Below are positions 30,611 through 40,896 of a stretch of DNA of 64,000 bases, one piece after another. This stretch comes from Pirellulales bacterium (GTDB taxonomy: Bacteria > Planctomycetota > Planctomycetia > Pirellulales > PALSA-1355). The translations under genes and the position numbers were made by a program. Below the pieces are notes generated by a model. The model was not told the origin of the DNA. It was given only the letters and a program-made list of their open reading frames with translations, and searched no databases. Where the stretch lies: assembly GCA_963733035.1 (NCBI GenBank), contig CAVTBU010000005.1:1696001-1760000 (forward strand). The letters run 5' to 3'. Within the stretch, counting starts at the first letter, position 1. Each line of letters opens with the position of its first letter.

Positions 30611-32024
30611 CTACAAACTGTACACCTCGGGCCCGACGTGCGCCGTTACCACGCTGCCAAAAAGCGTGAAGGCGTTGGCGTCATAGACGGCCACATCCAG
30701 CAATTGCCCAATCTGGCGGCGATTGCCATCGAACACCACGATCCGGTCGCAGTGCGTGCGCCCCACGAGCTGCGCCACCTCGCTTCGTTCATCCTGCTTT
30801 TGGGCGTTCTTGCTGAGGCCTTCGACCAATACCTGCACGTGCCGGCCGATCAGCGGCTGGTTGTCCTCTTCGCTGATCGCGTTCTGAATCGCCAACAACT
30901 GGTTGTTGCGGCGTTTCTTCACTTCCTCGGGCACGTCATCTGGGTAAAGTTGCGCTCTTGGTGCCTGGGCGTTCGGAGTACTTGAAGATAAAGCTGTTCT
31001 TGAATCGCGACTCGCGTACCAGCTCCACCGTCTGGGCAAAGTCGTCGTCGGTTTCCCCGCAAAATCCAACGATGAAGTCGCTAGTCACCGTGGCGTCGGG
31101 AATCGTGGCGCGGATACGGCCCATCATCTCGCGGTAGTTTTCAACCGTGTAGCCTCGCTTCATCCGCTCGAGCATCCGATTCGAGCCGCTTTGGGCCGGC
31201 ACGTGCAGGTAAGGCGACACCTTGTTCAGATCGCGTACCGCCTGAAGCAAATCGTCGGTCATATCCTTCGGATAGTTCGTCACGAACTTGATGCGGTCGA
31301 TGCCGTCGATCGCTTGCAATTCCGTCAGTAGATCGCTCATCCGCCAGGTGCGGCCATCGGCCGTGTGCCGGTAGCTGTTGACGGTTTGACCCAATAGCGT
31401 GATTTCGCGGCACCCTTCGTCGGCCAGTTGCCGGGCTTCGGCCAGAATGTGCGCCGCAGGCCGGCTCTGTTCCGGGCCCCGCACGCTGGGCACGATGCAA
31501 TAGGTGCAAAACTTGTCGCAGCCGATCATGATCCGCAGGAACGCCTGAAACGGCGTCGGCCGCATCGTCGGATCGCGCAGTGGATCGTAGCTCTCGAAGC
31601 TCTGTTCGACCTCGGTGCGGCTGCCGGCCTTGCGGTCGAGGCTCACTTCCAACTGTGGTCCGGCTCCCTGGCTGATCTTTTCGATGAGTTCGGGAATCTG
31701 GTGCAACTGCCCCGGGCCGACAATCAAATCGACGTAAGGAGCCCGTTCGAAGATCAGCCGCTGGTCCTTCTGGGCCATGCACCCTAGCACACCGATGATT
31801 TTATTCGGGTTGTGCTTCTTGGCATGCTTGAGTCGGCCGAGGGCGCTATAGATCTTGTCCTCGGCATGCTGCCGCACGCTGCACGTATTGAACAGAATCG
31901 TGTCGGCCTGTTTCGGCGAGTCGACGACTTCGTAGCCCGCCTTCCGCAAACTGGCCACCACCAGCTCACTGTCCAGCATATTCATCTGGCAGCCGACCGT
32001 TTCGATGTAGAGCTGTTTGGCCAT
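30611..32024 (-). CDS. miaB: tRNA ms2i6A37 methylthiotransferase; frameshift at ~30953
   Basis: GCQMN, NTCSVR, radical-SAM GCDKFCTYC, FKYSERPGT; TRAM-like tail continues in the next frame (LYPDDVPEEVKKRR). Confidence 0.93.
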
Positions 32025-32217
32025 GGGCGGAGCAGGGCGGGAAAAAACGCGAAATTCAAGCGGCAGCCGGTGTTAGCACGCGGTGAAGCATCTCATTTTA
32101 GCCGAGCAGGGGGCTCGGAAGCCAGCCGGAATTAGCACGCCAGGTTAGCCCCCGGCTTTGCCCGGGGATTCTCCCAACACTTGCTCTCGTCGCGTCGCCG
32201 CGGCGTCGACTGAACCC

Positions 32218-33162
32218 TTATTCCGCTCCCAACCGATCGCCCGGCCGAATCGGATTTCCGCGCCGGAACTCAGCCGCTGACATCGAGCGCTTGCCGGCCG
32301 GCTGAAGGGCTTCGATCAAGAGCGCCCCGTCACCGGCTGCAACCAACAGCCGCTCCCCTTCGGCCTCTAGCACCGTACCCGGCGCGCCGCTCGTGTTGGC
32401 AACTCGCACGCGGTCCAGAATCAACCGCACGGGTTCGCCGCCGGCGCGGTGCCAGAAGGTGTACGTCTTGGGCCAGGGCTGCAATGCCCGCACCTGGTTC
32501 TTAATGGCCGCCGCAGGACGCGTCCAATCGACTTCGCCTAGCTCTTTCGTGAGCCGCGGGGCACGTGTCGCTTGCGAGGCATCCTGTTCGATGGGCTTGA
32601 CGGTACCGTCCGCGATGGCCGTGAGCGCTTGCAGAACCAGCGGCGCGCCGATTTCCGCCAGGCGCGGTTCGATGTCGGTCGCGGTGTCGTCCGGACCGAT
32701 TTCCATCCGGCCTTGGGCAATGGCCGGACCGGCGTCGAGCTGTGGCGTCATGTGAATGACGGTCACGCCGGTTTCCGTCTCGCCGTGGTAGAGCGCCCAG
32801 TTAATCGGCGCCGCGCCGCGATATTTGGGCAGCAGCGAAGCGTGCAGGTTGATGCCGCCAAAGCGGGCAATCTCCAGCGCCGCGGGCTTCAAAATCTGAC
32901 CGTAATCGCAAACGACATAAATGTCGGGGCGGTAGCTGGCGAGTACCATTCGCGCCTGGGACGAATTGATGCTTTCCGGTTCGTGCACGGGCGTGCCATG
33001 CTGGAGGGCCATGACCCGCATCGGGTTGGGCGGCGTTTTAGTTCGTCCCCTTTGCGGTCGATCGGGCCGGGTGAACAACGCCAGCACTTCGTGCGGCGAG
33101 TCGTAGAGCGCCCGAAACGTCGGCACCGCGAACGGCCCGGTGCCCATCATGATCACACGCAT
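32218..33162 (-). CDS. fmt: Methionyl-tRNA formyltransferase
   Basis: MGTGPFAVP, INLHASLLPKYRGAAPI, LDAG. Confidence 0.95.
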   Translation of the reverse strand: MRVIMMGTGPFAVPTFRALYDSPHEVLALFTRPDRPQRGRTKTPPNPMRVMALQHGTPVHEPESINSSQARMVLASYRPDIYVVCDYGQILKPAALEIARFGGINLHASLLPKYRGAAPINWALYHGETETGVTVIHMTPQLDAGPAIAQGRMEIGPDDTATDIEPRLAEIGAPLVLQALTAIADGTVKPIEQDASQATRAPRLTKELGEVDWTRPAAAIKNQVRALQPWPKTYTFWHRAGGEPVRLILDRVRVANTSGAPGTVLEAEGERLLVAAGDGALLIEALQPAGKRSMSAAEFRRGNPIRPGDRLGAE

Positions 33163-33188
33163 ACCTCGCTCCGTCGGGTCGCCGTCGG

Positions 33189-34877
33189 TCATACTTGCGT
33201 CGAGCCCAGCAGATTGCCGCCGAGCGTCGGGTGGCCAATTCGCTTATCGCCCACGACGTTGATCAACGCCGGCTTGCCGGAGGCCAACGCCCGCTTGAGC
33301 GCCGGAATGATTTCGTCGGGCTGCTCGACGTGTTCGCCGTGGCAACCAAGCTCCTGGAAGATGCGGTCGTAGCGAATGCCGGGAATCATGTCGAACGGGT
33401 CGGTGCGGCCCTTGAGCATCGGCATTTGCTCGAAGCTCGGGCCCCAGGAACTGTTGTTCCACAGCACGGCGATGACCGGAATGTTGTACTTGGCCGCCGT
33501 TTCCATGTCCCAGCCGCCAATACCCAGGCCGCCGTCGCCGATGACCACAATCACCTGCTTGCCGGGCCGACCGAGCTGAGCACCGATTGCCATCCCGATG
33601 CCATGGCCCACCGGCGCGAGCGGTCCAGCATCGACGATCTGTCCGGGGAAGCGCACCGTCCAATGATGGCTCACATATCCCGAGAGCGTGAAACTATCGA
33701 CAACGATCGTTGCATCCTTGTCAGCGATGCTTACCAGGTCGCTCATCAAGCGATCTGGATGGATCGGCATTTCGGCGCGCACTTTTTCCGCCCGCTCGCG
33801 AACCAGCTTGCGGAAGTTCTCGCGGGCCGTGTTGACCTCTTCCAGCCAGGCCGCGTTCTTGCGATCGCCAAAATCTCGCTGGCGCGCCTTGACGGCGTCA
33901 ATCAATTGTCGCAGGACGAGCTTCGGATCGCCGACCACGGCCACCTCGGCAGGCACCTGCCAACCGATCCGCGCCGGCGTGGCGTCGACTTGCACGTAGG
34001 TCGCCTTGTCGGTCCAGGTGGGCGGCTGGCCGAACTTCTCGCCGCTCCAAAACCGAAAACCAACCGCGATCACCAGATCAGCCCTTCCCGAGAACGGTTT
34101 TTTCCAGGCCCCCTGAATCGCCAGCGGGTTTTCTTCGGACAGGGCTCCGTGGCCGGCGCGGCGGGTGTAGGTGGGAGTGCGGGTCAGTTCGGCCAATTCG
34201 CCGAATTCGGCGGCGGCATCCGACCAGAACACACCATCGCCGCCCACCAGCAGCGGCCGCTCGGCATGGGCGAGCATATCGGCCACGCGCTCGATGCTGC
34301 GCGGATCTCCTTGCGAGCGGAGCTGGTCCGGCTCGTAGACCTTCGCGCCGGGCACCTGGTCGGTTTCCTCTTCCTGGTGGTAAAGGACGTTGGTCGGAAT
34401 ATCGAGCACCGAAACGCCTTGCGGCGGCAGCATCGCCTGGCGAAACGCCTGTCGCACGTCGAACGAAATTCGATACCAGTCGAGCACGCGGTGCGTAAAC
34501 TTGCTGAACGACTTGCAGATTTCGGCGCCATAGGCCTCCTGAAACGAGCCCAGCCCGTCTTCCCCCACAGGGTGTTGGCCCGAAATGCAGACGACCGAAC
34601 TACCCGTCAGCCCGGCCACGCACAGCCCGGTCACGGCATTGGTCAGACCGCAGCCGGCCGTCACGCAGCACACGCCGGGCTTGCCGGTGACGCGGGCATA
34701 GGCATCGGCGGCATAGGCGGTGGCCTGCTCGTGCCGCATGTGGATCAGCTTGATGCCGTTGTTGTTCAGGTTGGCCAGAATCGGGAACAGGTGTCCGCCG
34801 TTGATCGCAAACAGATACTTGACTTGCTGCTCGCCCAGCACCCGACCGACCAATGTGCCGCCATCGACAACCGCCAT
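33189..34877 (-). CDS. Thiamine diphosphate-dependent enzyme (acetolactate synthase/2-hydroxyacyl-CoA lyase superfamily)
   Basis: RHEQATAYAADAYAR, ThDP motif GDGG...NNSSWG, N-terminal GGH. Confidence 0.88.
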   Translation of the reverse strand: MAVVDGGTLVGRVLGEQQVKYLFAINGGHLFPILANLNNNGIKLIHMRHEQATAYAADAYARVTGKPGVCCVTAGCGLTNAVTGLCVAGLTGSSVVCISGQHPVGEDGLGSFQEAYGAEICKSFSKFTHRVLDWYRISFDVRQAFRQAMLPPQGVSVLDIPTNVLYHQEEETDQVPGAKVYEPDQLRSQGDPRSIERVADMLAHAERPLLVGGDGVFWSDAAAEFGELAELTRTPTYTRRAGHGALSEENPLAIQGAWKKPFSGRADLVIAVGFRFWSGEKFGQPPTWTDKATYVQVDATPARIGWQVPAEVAVVGDPKLVLRQLIDAVKARQRDFGDRKNAAWLEEVNTARENFRKLVRERAEKVRAEMPIHPDRLMSDLVSIADKDATIVVDSFTLSGYVSHHWTVRFPGQIVDAGPLAPVGHGIGMAIGAQLGRPGKQVIVVIGDGGLGIGGWDMETAAKYNIPVIAVLWNNSSWGPSFEQMPMLKGRTDPFDMIPGIRYDRIFQELGCHGEHVEQPDEIIPALKRALASGKPALINVVGDKRIGHPTLGGNLLGSTQV

Positions 34878-35044
34878 GAGAAAAACCTCCCCCGTTGAAA
34901 TGCTGCACCGCGCCCGGGTCAATCTACCGCCCACCAGAACGAACCGCAAGAAAGCTGCGGTAACGCTGCGATTTCGAAGATGACGCGCACCTGTTAGAAT
35001 TCGCCCCACGCATTCTGAATCCCTCGCACGCGGTGAACGAGCCC

Positions 35045-36046
35045 ATGAAACTTGTGATGCATCCGGCGGTCGAACCTGAGCGTTTTGGCCGGATCGTCGC
35101 GGCCGCCGGGGCCATGCAGGTCGTCAACGCCGCTAGCGCCGACGAAGCGCTCGCCGAAATCGTCACGGCCGACGCCTTCTTCGGCAAGCTGACACCGGAG
35201 CTTCTGGCAGCCGCCCAACGCCTTCGCTGGGTGCAATCACCGACGGCGAGCCTCGAACATTATCTGTTTCCCGAGTTGATCGAGCACCCGGTGGTACTCA
35301 CGAACATGCGGGGGTTGTACTCCGACGCCATCGCCGAGCACGTCCTGGGCATGATGCTTTGCTTCACCCGCAACCTGCACGTTTACATTCGCCAGCAGAT
35401 GTCTGGCCGGTGGGAGCCGGTCGGCGGCGAGCGCGAGCGAGTCTCGTTTTCCACCGGCCCAGGCATCCTGAATGCCATCGACCGCGCGCATCAGAACCTC
35501 GGAGACCTGGCCGCCGGAATCGTAGGCCTGGGGCACATCGGGCGCGAGATTGCCCAGCGGCTATCGACGTTCGGCATGCACGTGCTGGCCGTCGATCCTG
35601 TGGTGTCGGAAACGCCAGCAGCCGTAAGCGAACTGTGGGGGCCCGAGCGTCTGACCGAGCTTTTGGCCGCCAGCGACTTCGTGATCATAGCCGCGCCGCA
35701 CACGCCTCAGACCGAACAGATGTTTCGCCGGCCGCAGTTTCAGGCAATGCGCGAAAGTGGCGTGGTGATCAACATCGGTCGCGGGGCAATCGTCAATCTC
35801 GACGACCTGGTGGCGGCGCTGACTGCCGGCGAAATTGCCGGCGCAGGGCTCGACGTCTTTGAAATCGAACCGCTGCCGGCCGAGCATCCGTTGTGGAAGT
35901 TTCCCAACGTCATCCTGACGCCGCACGTGGCTGGCCAAAGTCCCCGCATCGCCAGTCGGCATCTGGAAGTGCTGCTCGACAACATTCAGCGATTCGTGCA
36001 CGGTGCGCCGCTGGCCAACGTCGTCGACAAGCAGCGCTGGTTTTAG
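35045..36046 (+). CDS. D-2-hydroxyacid dehydrogenase
   Basis: GLGHIG, INIGRG, LDVFEIEPL, TPHVAG. Confidence 0.92.
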   Translation: MKLVMHPAVEPERFGRIVAAAGAMQVVNAASADEALAEIVTADAFFGKLTPELLAAAQRLRWVQSPTASLEHYLFPELIEHPVVLTNMRGLYSDAIAEHVLGMMLCFTRNLHVYIRQQMSGRWEPVGGERERVSFSTGPGILNAIDRAHQNLGDLAAGIVGLGHIGREIAQRLSTFGMHVLAVDPVVSETPAAVSELWGPERLTELLAASDFVIIAAPHTPQTEQMFRRPQFQAMRESGVVINIGRGAIVNLDDLVAALTAGEIAGAGLDVFEIEPLPAEHPLWKFPNVILTPHVAGQSPRIASRHLEVLLDNIQRFVHGAPLANVVDKQRWF

Positions 36047-36384
36047 TATCGCCGCGAGCGGGCTTTCGAGGAGTCCAACCTGAGTCCCAGCCGCGATTCC
36101 CGACCGTAGCGACTCACAAGTTCGCTGGCGATCATGATCCACACCGCCAGGAATGCCAGGGTCATCAGATGGTCGAGCAGTTCGGTCATGGGTGCGCTCT
36201 GCGCGGTAGGGCTGGTGCATAATGTCGCCAACCCATTGATCGACCATCATCCAAGTTCGGCTGGACGATTGCGGCGCACTCCGCCCGAAGCGTTGTAGCC
36301 GCCGGGACAGGACCAGGCGCCACAGTTTACCACCGCGGCCTGGCCACGCTTCGCCGCGCGTAAACTCCAATGCAGCCGACCGCA

Positions 36385-36717
36385 TCAGCGCGAGCGACCT
36401 TGCACTTGCCTGGCTTTGCGGGCGGATTTGGCCAATGTTGCCTGGCGATGCAGGTCGGACTCCGCACCCACGCCCCACTTCTCAAGTTTCTCAATCCATT
36501 CCAGCGCCTTACGGTCATGTAATTCCACGGCCGGCAATTCCGCCTCGCGTGCCAACTGGGCCATTCGCCGCAGCTGAGCGGCCACATCGAGCAGTCGCAA
36601 TGTCAGGTCGTCCAAACGTTCAGGACGGTAGGGTTCCAGAGTCATAAGTTTGCTCACAATTGTGGCACGATCCATTGCTATTTCTCCGACCGGGATGGTC
36701 GGCCGGATGACGCCCAT
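36385..36717 (-). CDS. Hypothetical helical protein
   Basis: Plausible amphipathic ORF (RLDDLTLRLLDVAAQLRRMA...LHDRKALEW); start uncertain, possibly 36645. Confidence 0.55.
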   Translation of the reverse strand: MGVIRPTIPVGEIAMDRATIVSKLMTLEPYRPERLDDLTLRLLDVAAQLRRMAQLAREAELPAVELHDRKALEWIEKLEKWGVGAESDLHRQATLAKSARKARQVQGRSR

Positions 36718-36938
36718 ACTACATCTTGCACGTCAATTTGTCGACATAATTGCCGTAGTTTTTCTGGAGATTCGCCCTCCAGCGGGCCGGAGACCAGCGG
36801 AAAAATAGTCCAAAATTATGATCGAAATTATGGTTGAAATATGGCCATTTTTTGCGCTAGGATGCCACCTGTCGTGATTAACGAAAAAGAACCGCGGCTC
36901 CCCGCGGGGCTGTGGGGCAAAGCGGGTGGAAAGTCGGC

Positions 36939-37136
36939 ATGAAAAACCACAACCAACCTGCAGATGGAGCTCATTCGCACTCGGCAAACCAGCCGGATGC
37001 GTGGCATCCCGACGCCGACGACGAATGGTCGGGCGAGCCGCTGCGAGAAGCGGATTGGGAGCCGGACGACTTCGACGAAGAACCGCTCCCCGAGCACGGC
37101 GACTTTTGGATCGAGGTCGAAGAGGCGGACGACTGA
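36939..37136 (+). CDS. Small highly acidic protein
   Basis: 65 aa, Asp/Glu/Trp-rich, ending DFDEEPLPEHGDFWIEVEEADD. Confidence 0.5.
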   Translation: MKNHNQPADGAHSHSANQPDAWHPDADDEWSGEPLREADWEPDDFDEEPLPEHGDFWIEVEEADD

Positions 37137-37198
37137 CGGCGTTGGCAATCAACTGGCAATCGGCCGCGCTTTTGCCGCGGCGAGAGGAGACTTGCATC

Positions 37199-37630
37199 AT
37201 GTTGGCATTCGGGAAAGTCAAGGAAATCGAACGGTTGCTTGCCGAAGGCCGGCTTTCGCAGCGGAAGATCGCGAAAGCCCTCGGCGTAAGTCGGGGCGTC
37301 GTCGATGCCATTGCCAGTGGCAAGCGGCCCGACTACGAAGCGCGTCGACAACACCGTGCCGACGACGGCGAACCGCAGGGCCCCATCGAGCGCTGCCCAA
37401 CTTGCGGCGCCCGAGTCTACATGCCCTGCCGGCTATGCCGGGTTCGCAACGGGCAAGCCCGCGAGCAGGCATTGCTCAGAACCATGCGGCACCGCGCTCG
37501 CGAGCAGGCCGTGCGGCGGTTGCTGGTCGCGATATTGCGGGCGGCGATAGAAAGCCAGTCCCTTGACGAAACGCCGCGTGTCTCTGCTGGCAGTACCCCG
37601 GTCTGTCCGCCTGCCGAACCAGCCGCTTGA
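37199..37630 (+). CDS. HTH + C4 zinc-finger protein
   Basis: GAGGAGA RBS; HTH LSQRKIAKALGVSRGVVDAIA; CPTC...CRLC. Confidence 0.75.
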   Translation: MLAFGKVKEIERLLAEGRLSQRKIAKALGVSRGVVDAIASGKRPDYEARRQHRADDGEPQGPIERCPTCGARVYMPCRLCRVRNGQAREQALLRTMRHRAREQAVRRLLVAILRAAIESQSLDETPRVSAGSTPVCPPAEPAA

Positions 37631-37682
37631 CCGTCGGCTCTACAATGGATGCAGTCCAATTGCATTCATGGGAGGGTTGGCC

Positions 37683-38704
37683 ATGTCCCGGCTTCGCTTC
37701 GTCCATAATGACAACACCATTCCGCCAAATTCCGAGCAGCCCGAACGGCCCGACCCGCGCGAGGAAGCCGCGGCGCTCGATGCGTTTTCACAGGTGGTTG
37801 TGCGTGTGGCCGAGGCGCTGATGCCCGCGGTCGTCAATATCCGGCGCCGCGCGGCCGGCGTGGCGGATCGGGTTCCGGCGTGCTGTTCACTCCCGACGGG
37901 TTTCTGCTCACGAATCATCACGTCATTCAAGGACAGATGGAAGTCCGCGTGCGAACCGGTGACGGCCGCGAGTTGCCGGGCCGCGTCGTGGGAGCCGATC
38001 CCTGGACCGACCTGGCCGTGGTGCAGGCCGACGCGTCAGACTTGCCCTACGCCCCCTTGGGCGATTCGACGCGCCTGCGCGTGGGCCAATTGGCTGTGGC
38101 CATCGGCAGCCCATTCGGTTTCGACTCAACGCTGACCGCCGGCGTCGTCAGCGCTTTGGGGCGCACACTACGAAGCATCACCGGCCATCTGGTCGACAAC
38201 GTCATTCAAACCGACGCCGCCTTGAATCCCGGCAATAGTGGCGGGCCGCTGGTCGATAGCCGAGGCAACGTAATTGGCATCAACACGGCGATCATCCAGT
38301 CGGCGCAGGGAATCTGCTTCGCCATTCCGATCAACGCCGCCAAGCACATTCTGCCGCAGCTCATGCAGCACGGCCGCGTCGTACGCGGATATCTGGGGTT
38401 GCACGGCCGTGCCGTGCCGCTGGCTCGACCGCTCGCGCGACTGCATCACCTGACGCAGGAATCGGCCGTGGAAGTGGTCGCCGTCGAGCCCGAGGGCCCG
38501 GCCGATCAGGCAGGACTCGAAGCCGACGACTTGATCGTGAGTCTGGGCGAGGAGCCAGTAACCAGCGTTGACGACCTGCACCGCTTACTCACGCAGCTTC
38601 CGGTCGGCATTCCCAATTCGGTGATCCTGCTCCGCGGCCAGCGCCGCTTGCAACGATTCGTGCTACCGGAAGAGTATCCGCACTGGGATCCGGCGAAACG
38701 ATAG
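37683..38704 (+). CDS. HtrA/DegS-like trypsin serine protease with PDZ; frameshift near 37845
   Basis: GSGSG, TNHHV, DLAV, TDAALNPGNSGGPL, C-terminal PDZ; N-terminal part with GGAGGG RBS lies in another frame. Confidence 0.9.
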
Positions 38705-38879
38705 TTCAGAATCAGGCTTTCGGGGCGAATTTGCGGCCGGTTGGACGCGAAACGTCACTGGGTGGGCACCTCTCGGGCAGTCTCCTATAATACATGTTGC
38801 ATGCCGCTTGGGGCGGGGCGTTTTGGAGCTTGCGAACGTCCCTTCGGCTTCCTTTTCTCTTGCGTGGACGGGCGATTTC

Positions 38880-40100
38880 ATGGGTGGTGGGTTTTCGACG
38901 ATTGAAGCGGCCATCGAGGCGATCGCACGCGGTGAGATCATCATCGTGGTCGATGCCGAGGATCGCGAGAACGAGGGCGACTTTATCTGCGCCGCCGAAA
39001 AGGTGACGCCCGAGGTCGTCAATTTCATGATCACCCACGGCCGGGGCCAGCTTTGCATGCCGATTCTGCCCGAGGTGTCCGAGCGATTGAAGCTCGCGCC
39101 GATGGTCGAAGCGAACACGTCGTTCCTCGGCACGTCGTACACCGTGCCGGTCGATCACAAGTCGTGCCGCACGGGCATCACTGCCCAGGAACGTGCCAAG
39201 GCCATTACCTCGATCATCGATCCGGCGAGCGTGCCGAGCGATTTTGTTCGCCCCGGACATTTGTTTCCGCTGGTAGCCAAGGAGGGGGGCGTACTCCGCC
39301 GCGCCGGACATACCGAAGCCGCGGTCGACCTGGTGCGGATGGCCGGGCTGGCTCCGGGCGGCGCCCTGTGCGAAATCCTCGGCGACGACGGCGATCGCGC
39401 CCTGCGCGAACAGTTGTTCCGGCTGGCCCGCGAGCACCACATGGAAATCATCTCCATCGAGGAGCTGATCCGTTACCGCCGCGTGCGCGAAAAACTCGTG
39501 TACCGCATCACCGAAGCCAAATTGCCGACCCGACACGGCGAGTTCAAAATAATCTTCTACGGCGTCAAATACGAGTCCCAACAGCCGTTCGTGCTGTTGA
39601 TGGGCGAACCCGACAAGGGTCCGGTGCCGCTGGTGCGGTTGCACTCGGCCTGCTTCACCGGCGACGTGCTGGCCTCGCTTCGCTGCGACTGCGGCGACCA
39701 ATTGGATCAGGCCTTGGAAATGATCGCCAAGGAAGGCTCCGGCGTGTTGGTCTATCTGCCACAGGAAGGACGCGGCATCGGGCTGGTTGAAAAGATCAAG
39801 GCCTACGCTCTGCAGGATCAGGGGCTCGATACGGTCGAAGCCAACCTGGCCCTGGGCTACAAGGCCGATACTCGCGACTATGGCGTCGGCATCCAATTGC
39901 TCAAGGACTTGGGCCTGACCAAGGTCCGCCTGCTCACCAACAACCCCAAGAAGACCGACGCCTTCATTTACGGAGGCTTCGATCTCCAAGTGGTCGACCA
40001 GGTGCCAATCCACCCGAAGATCAATGAGCACAACGCCCGCTACATCGCCACCAAGCGCGAAAAGATGGGCCACAAACTTCCGGAAACGAAGAGCGGCTGA
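38880..40100 (+). CDS. ribBA: Bifunctional DHBP synthase / GTP cyclohydrolase II
   Basis: DRENEGD, RPGHLFPL, RAGHTEA, RLHSACFTGD, RCDCG, QEGRGIG, TNNP. Confidence 0.96.
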   Translation: MGGGFSTIEAAIEAIARGEIIIVVDAEDRENEGDFICAAEKVTPEVVNFMITHGRGQLCMPILPEVSERLKLAPMVEANTSFLGTSYTVPVDHKSCRTGITAQERAKAITSIIDPASVPSDFVRPGHLFPLVAKEGGVLRRAGHTEAAVDLVRMAGLAPGGALCEILGDDGDRALREQLFRLAREHHMEIISIEELIRYRRVREKLVYRITEAKLPTRHGEFKIIFYGVKYESQQPFVLLMGEPDKGPVPLVRLHSACFTGDVLASLRCDCGDQLDQALEMIAKEGSGVLVYLPQEGRGIGLVEKIKAYALQDQGLDTVEANLALGYKADTRDYGVGIQLLKDLGLTKVRLLTNNPKKTDAFIYGGFDLQVVDQVPIHPKINEHNARYIATKREKMGHKLPETKSG

Positions 40101-40136
40101 GCGCCCGCCCTCGCAAGGGGAAACTCCGGCGTGGGC

Positions 40137-40421
40137 CTAGTGCTTGTAGATCTTGTGTTGGGGGCGGCCGGCGAGGATTTGTTCCTTGCCCCAATCGGTG
40201 ACCTCGCGAAACGCCTGGCTGTGGATGAAATCAGTGAATGCCTGCTCGTCGGACCACTCGCTGGTGATCATGTACGATGCATCGTCAGCCACATCGCGCC
40301 AGAGATTGGAAGTCGTATGCCCCTGTGCTGACTTGAGCGCGGCCAATACCGCGGCGAACTTCCCTTCGAAGTCCTGCTGCTTGCCCGGCAAGACCTTGTA
40401 GTTCATTCCTACCGTAATCAT
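40137..40421 (-). CDS. Antibiotic biosynthesis monooxygenase (ABM) family protein
   Basis: ~94 aa dimeric alpha-beta barrel pattern, YMITSEWSDEQAF..FIHSQAF. Confidence 0.8.
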   Translation of the reverse strand: MITVGMNYKVLPGKQQDFEGKFAAVLAALKSAQGHTTSNLWRDVADDASYMITSEWSDEQAFTDFIHSQAFREVTDWGKEQILAGRPQHKIYKH

Positions 40422-40522
40422 CGGCCGCACCTCTTATGCGATTTTAAAATGAATGGAAACGGCCGGCATTATACCACAAAGCCGCGATGGGTTCGATGTA
40501 GCTCAGCGCGGCCACACATCAC

Positions 40523-40843
40523 TCAGGATGATTGCGACAGCATGCGCTCCATGTCGAGGATGTCGCGCTCAATCTCCTGGACCTGATCGTCGGTCAGCTT
40601 TTCGAGTTCCTTGGCAATCGTGCCCTTATCACCGATTACCTCGTCTTGCGTGAGCAACACGAGCAACTCCTTGAACGGCTGTTGCAAGTGCTGGGGCAGA
40701 TCGCGAGCCGGATCGATTTCCCACAACTGGCTCACGAACGCCACGGTCAGCCGCCGCCGCAGATCGCTATCATCGCCGCGGAGAATCTTGGCGGCTTCAC
40801 GAAAGCGCTCCGCCGCGTCACGTCGATTGGATTCCACCGTCAT
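40523..40843 (-). CDS. Hypothetical protein
   Basis: Helical 106-aa ORF with purine-rich RBS GGGAAAGGAAAG. Confidence 0.6.
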   Translation of the reverse strand: MTVESNRRDAAERFREAAKILRGDDSDLRRRLTVAFVSQLWEIDPARDLPQHLQQPFKELLVLLTQDEVIGDKGTIAKELEKLTDDQVQEIERDILDMERMLSQSS

Positions 40844-40896
40844 CTTTCCTTTCCCGTACGTGTGACGAAAACTTAATGCTCGCTCACTCAAAGACC

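Noticed and set aside
30611..32024. miaB and the other split genes as true pseudogenes or programmed frameshifts
   Set aside because: Both halves are intact, there are no slippery heptamers, and the shared (GC)n context points to sequencing error
33195..34898. Long antisense ORFs (also 14748-16184, 38712-40073, 45481-46560, 60835-62439)
   Set aside because: Shadow frames of real genes, expected in high-GC DNA; no recognisable motifs
34878..35044. TPP riboswitch upstream of the ThDP enzyme
   Set aside because: No GCTGAGA or related conserved aptamer core on the minus strand
38705..38879. FMN riboswitch upstream of ribBA
   Set aside because: Only a TTCGGGGC fragment resembles the RFN element; the GGTGAAATTCC and downstream conserved blocks are absent
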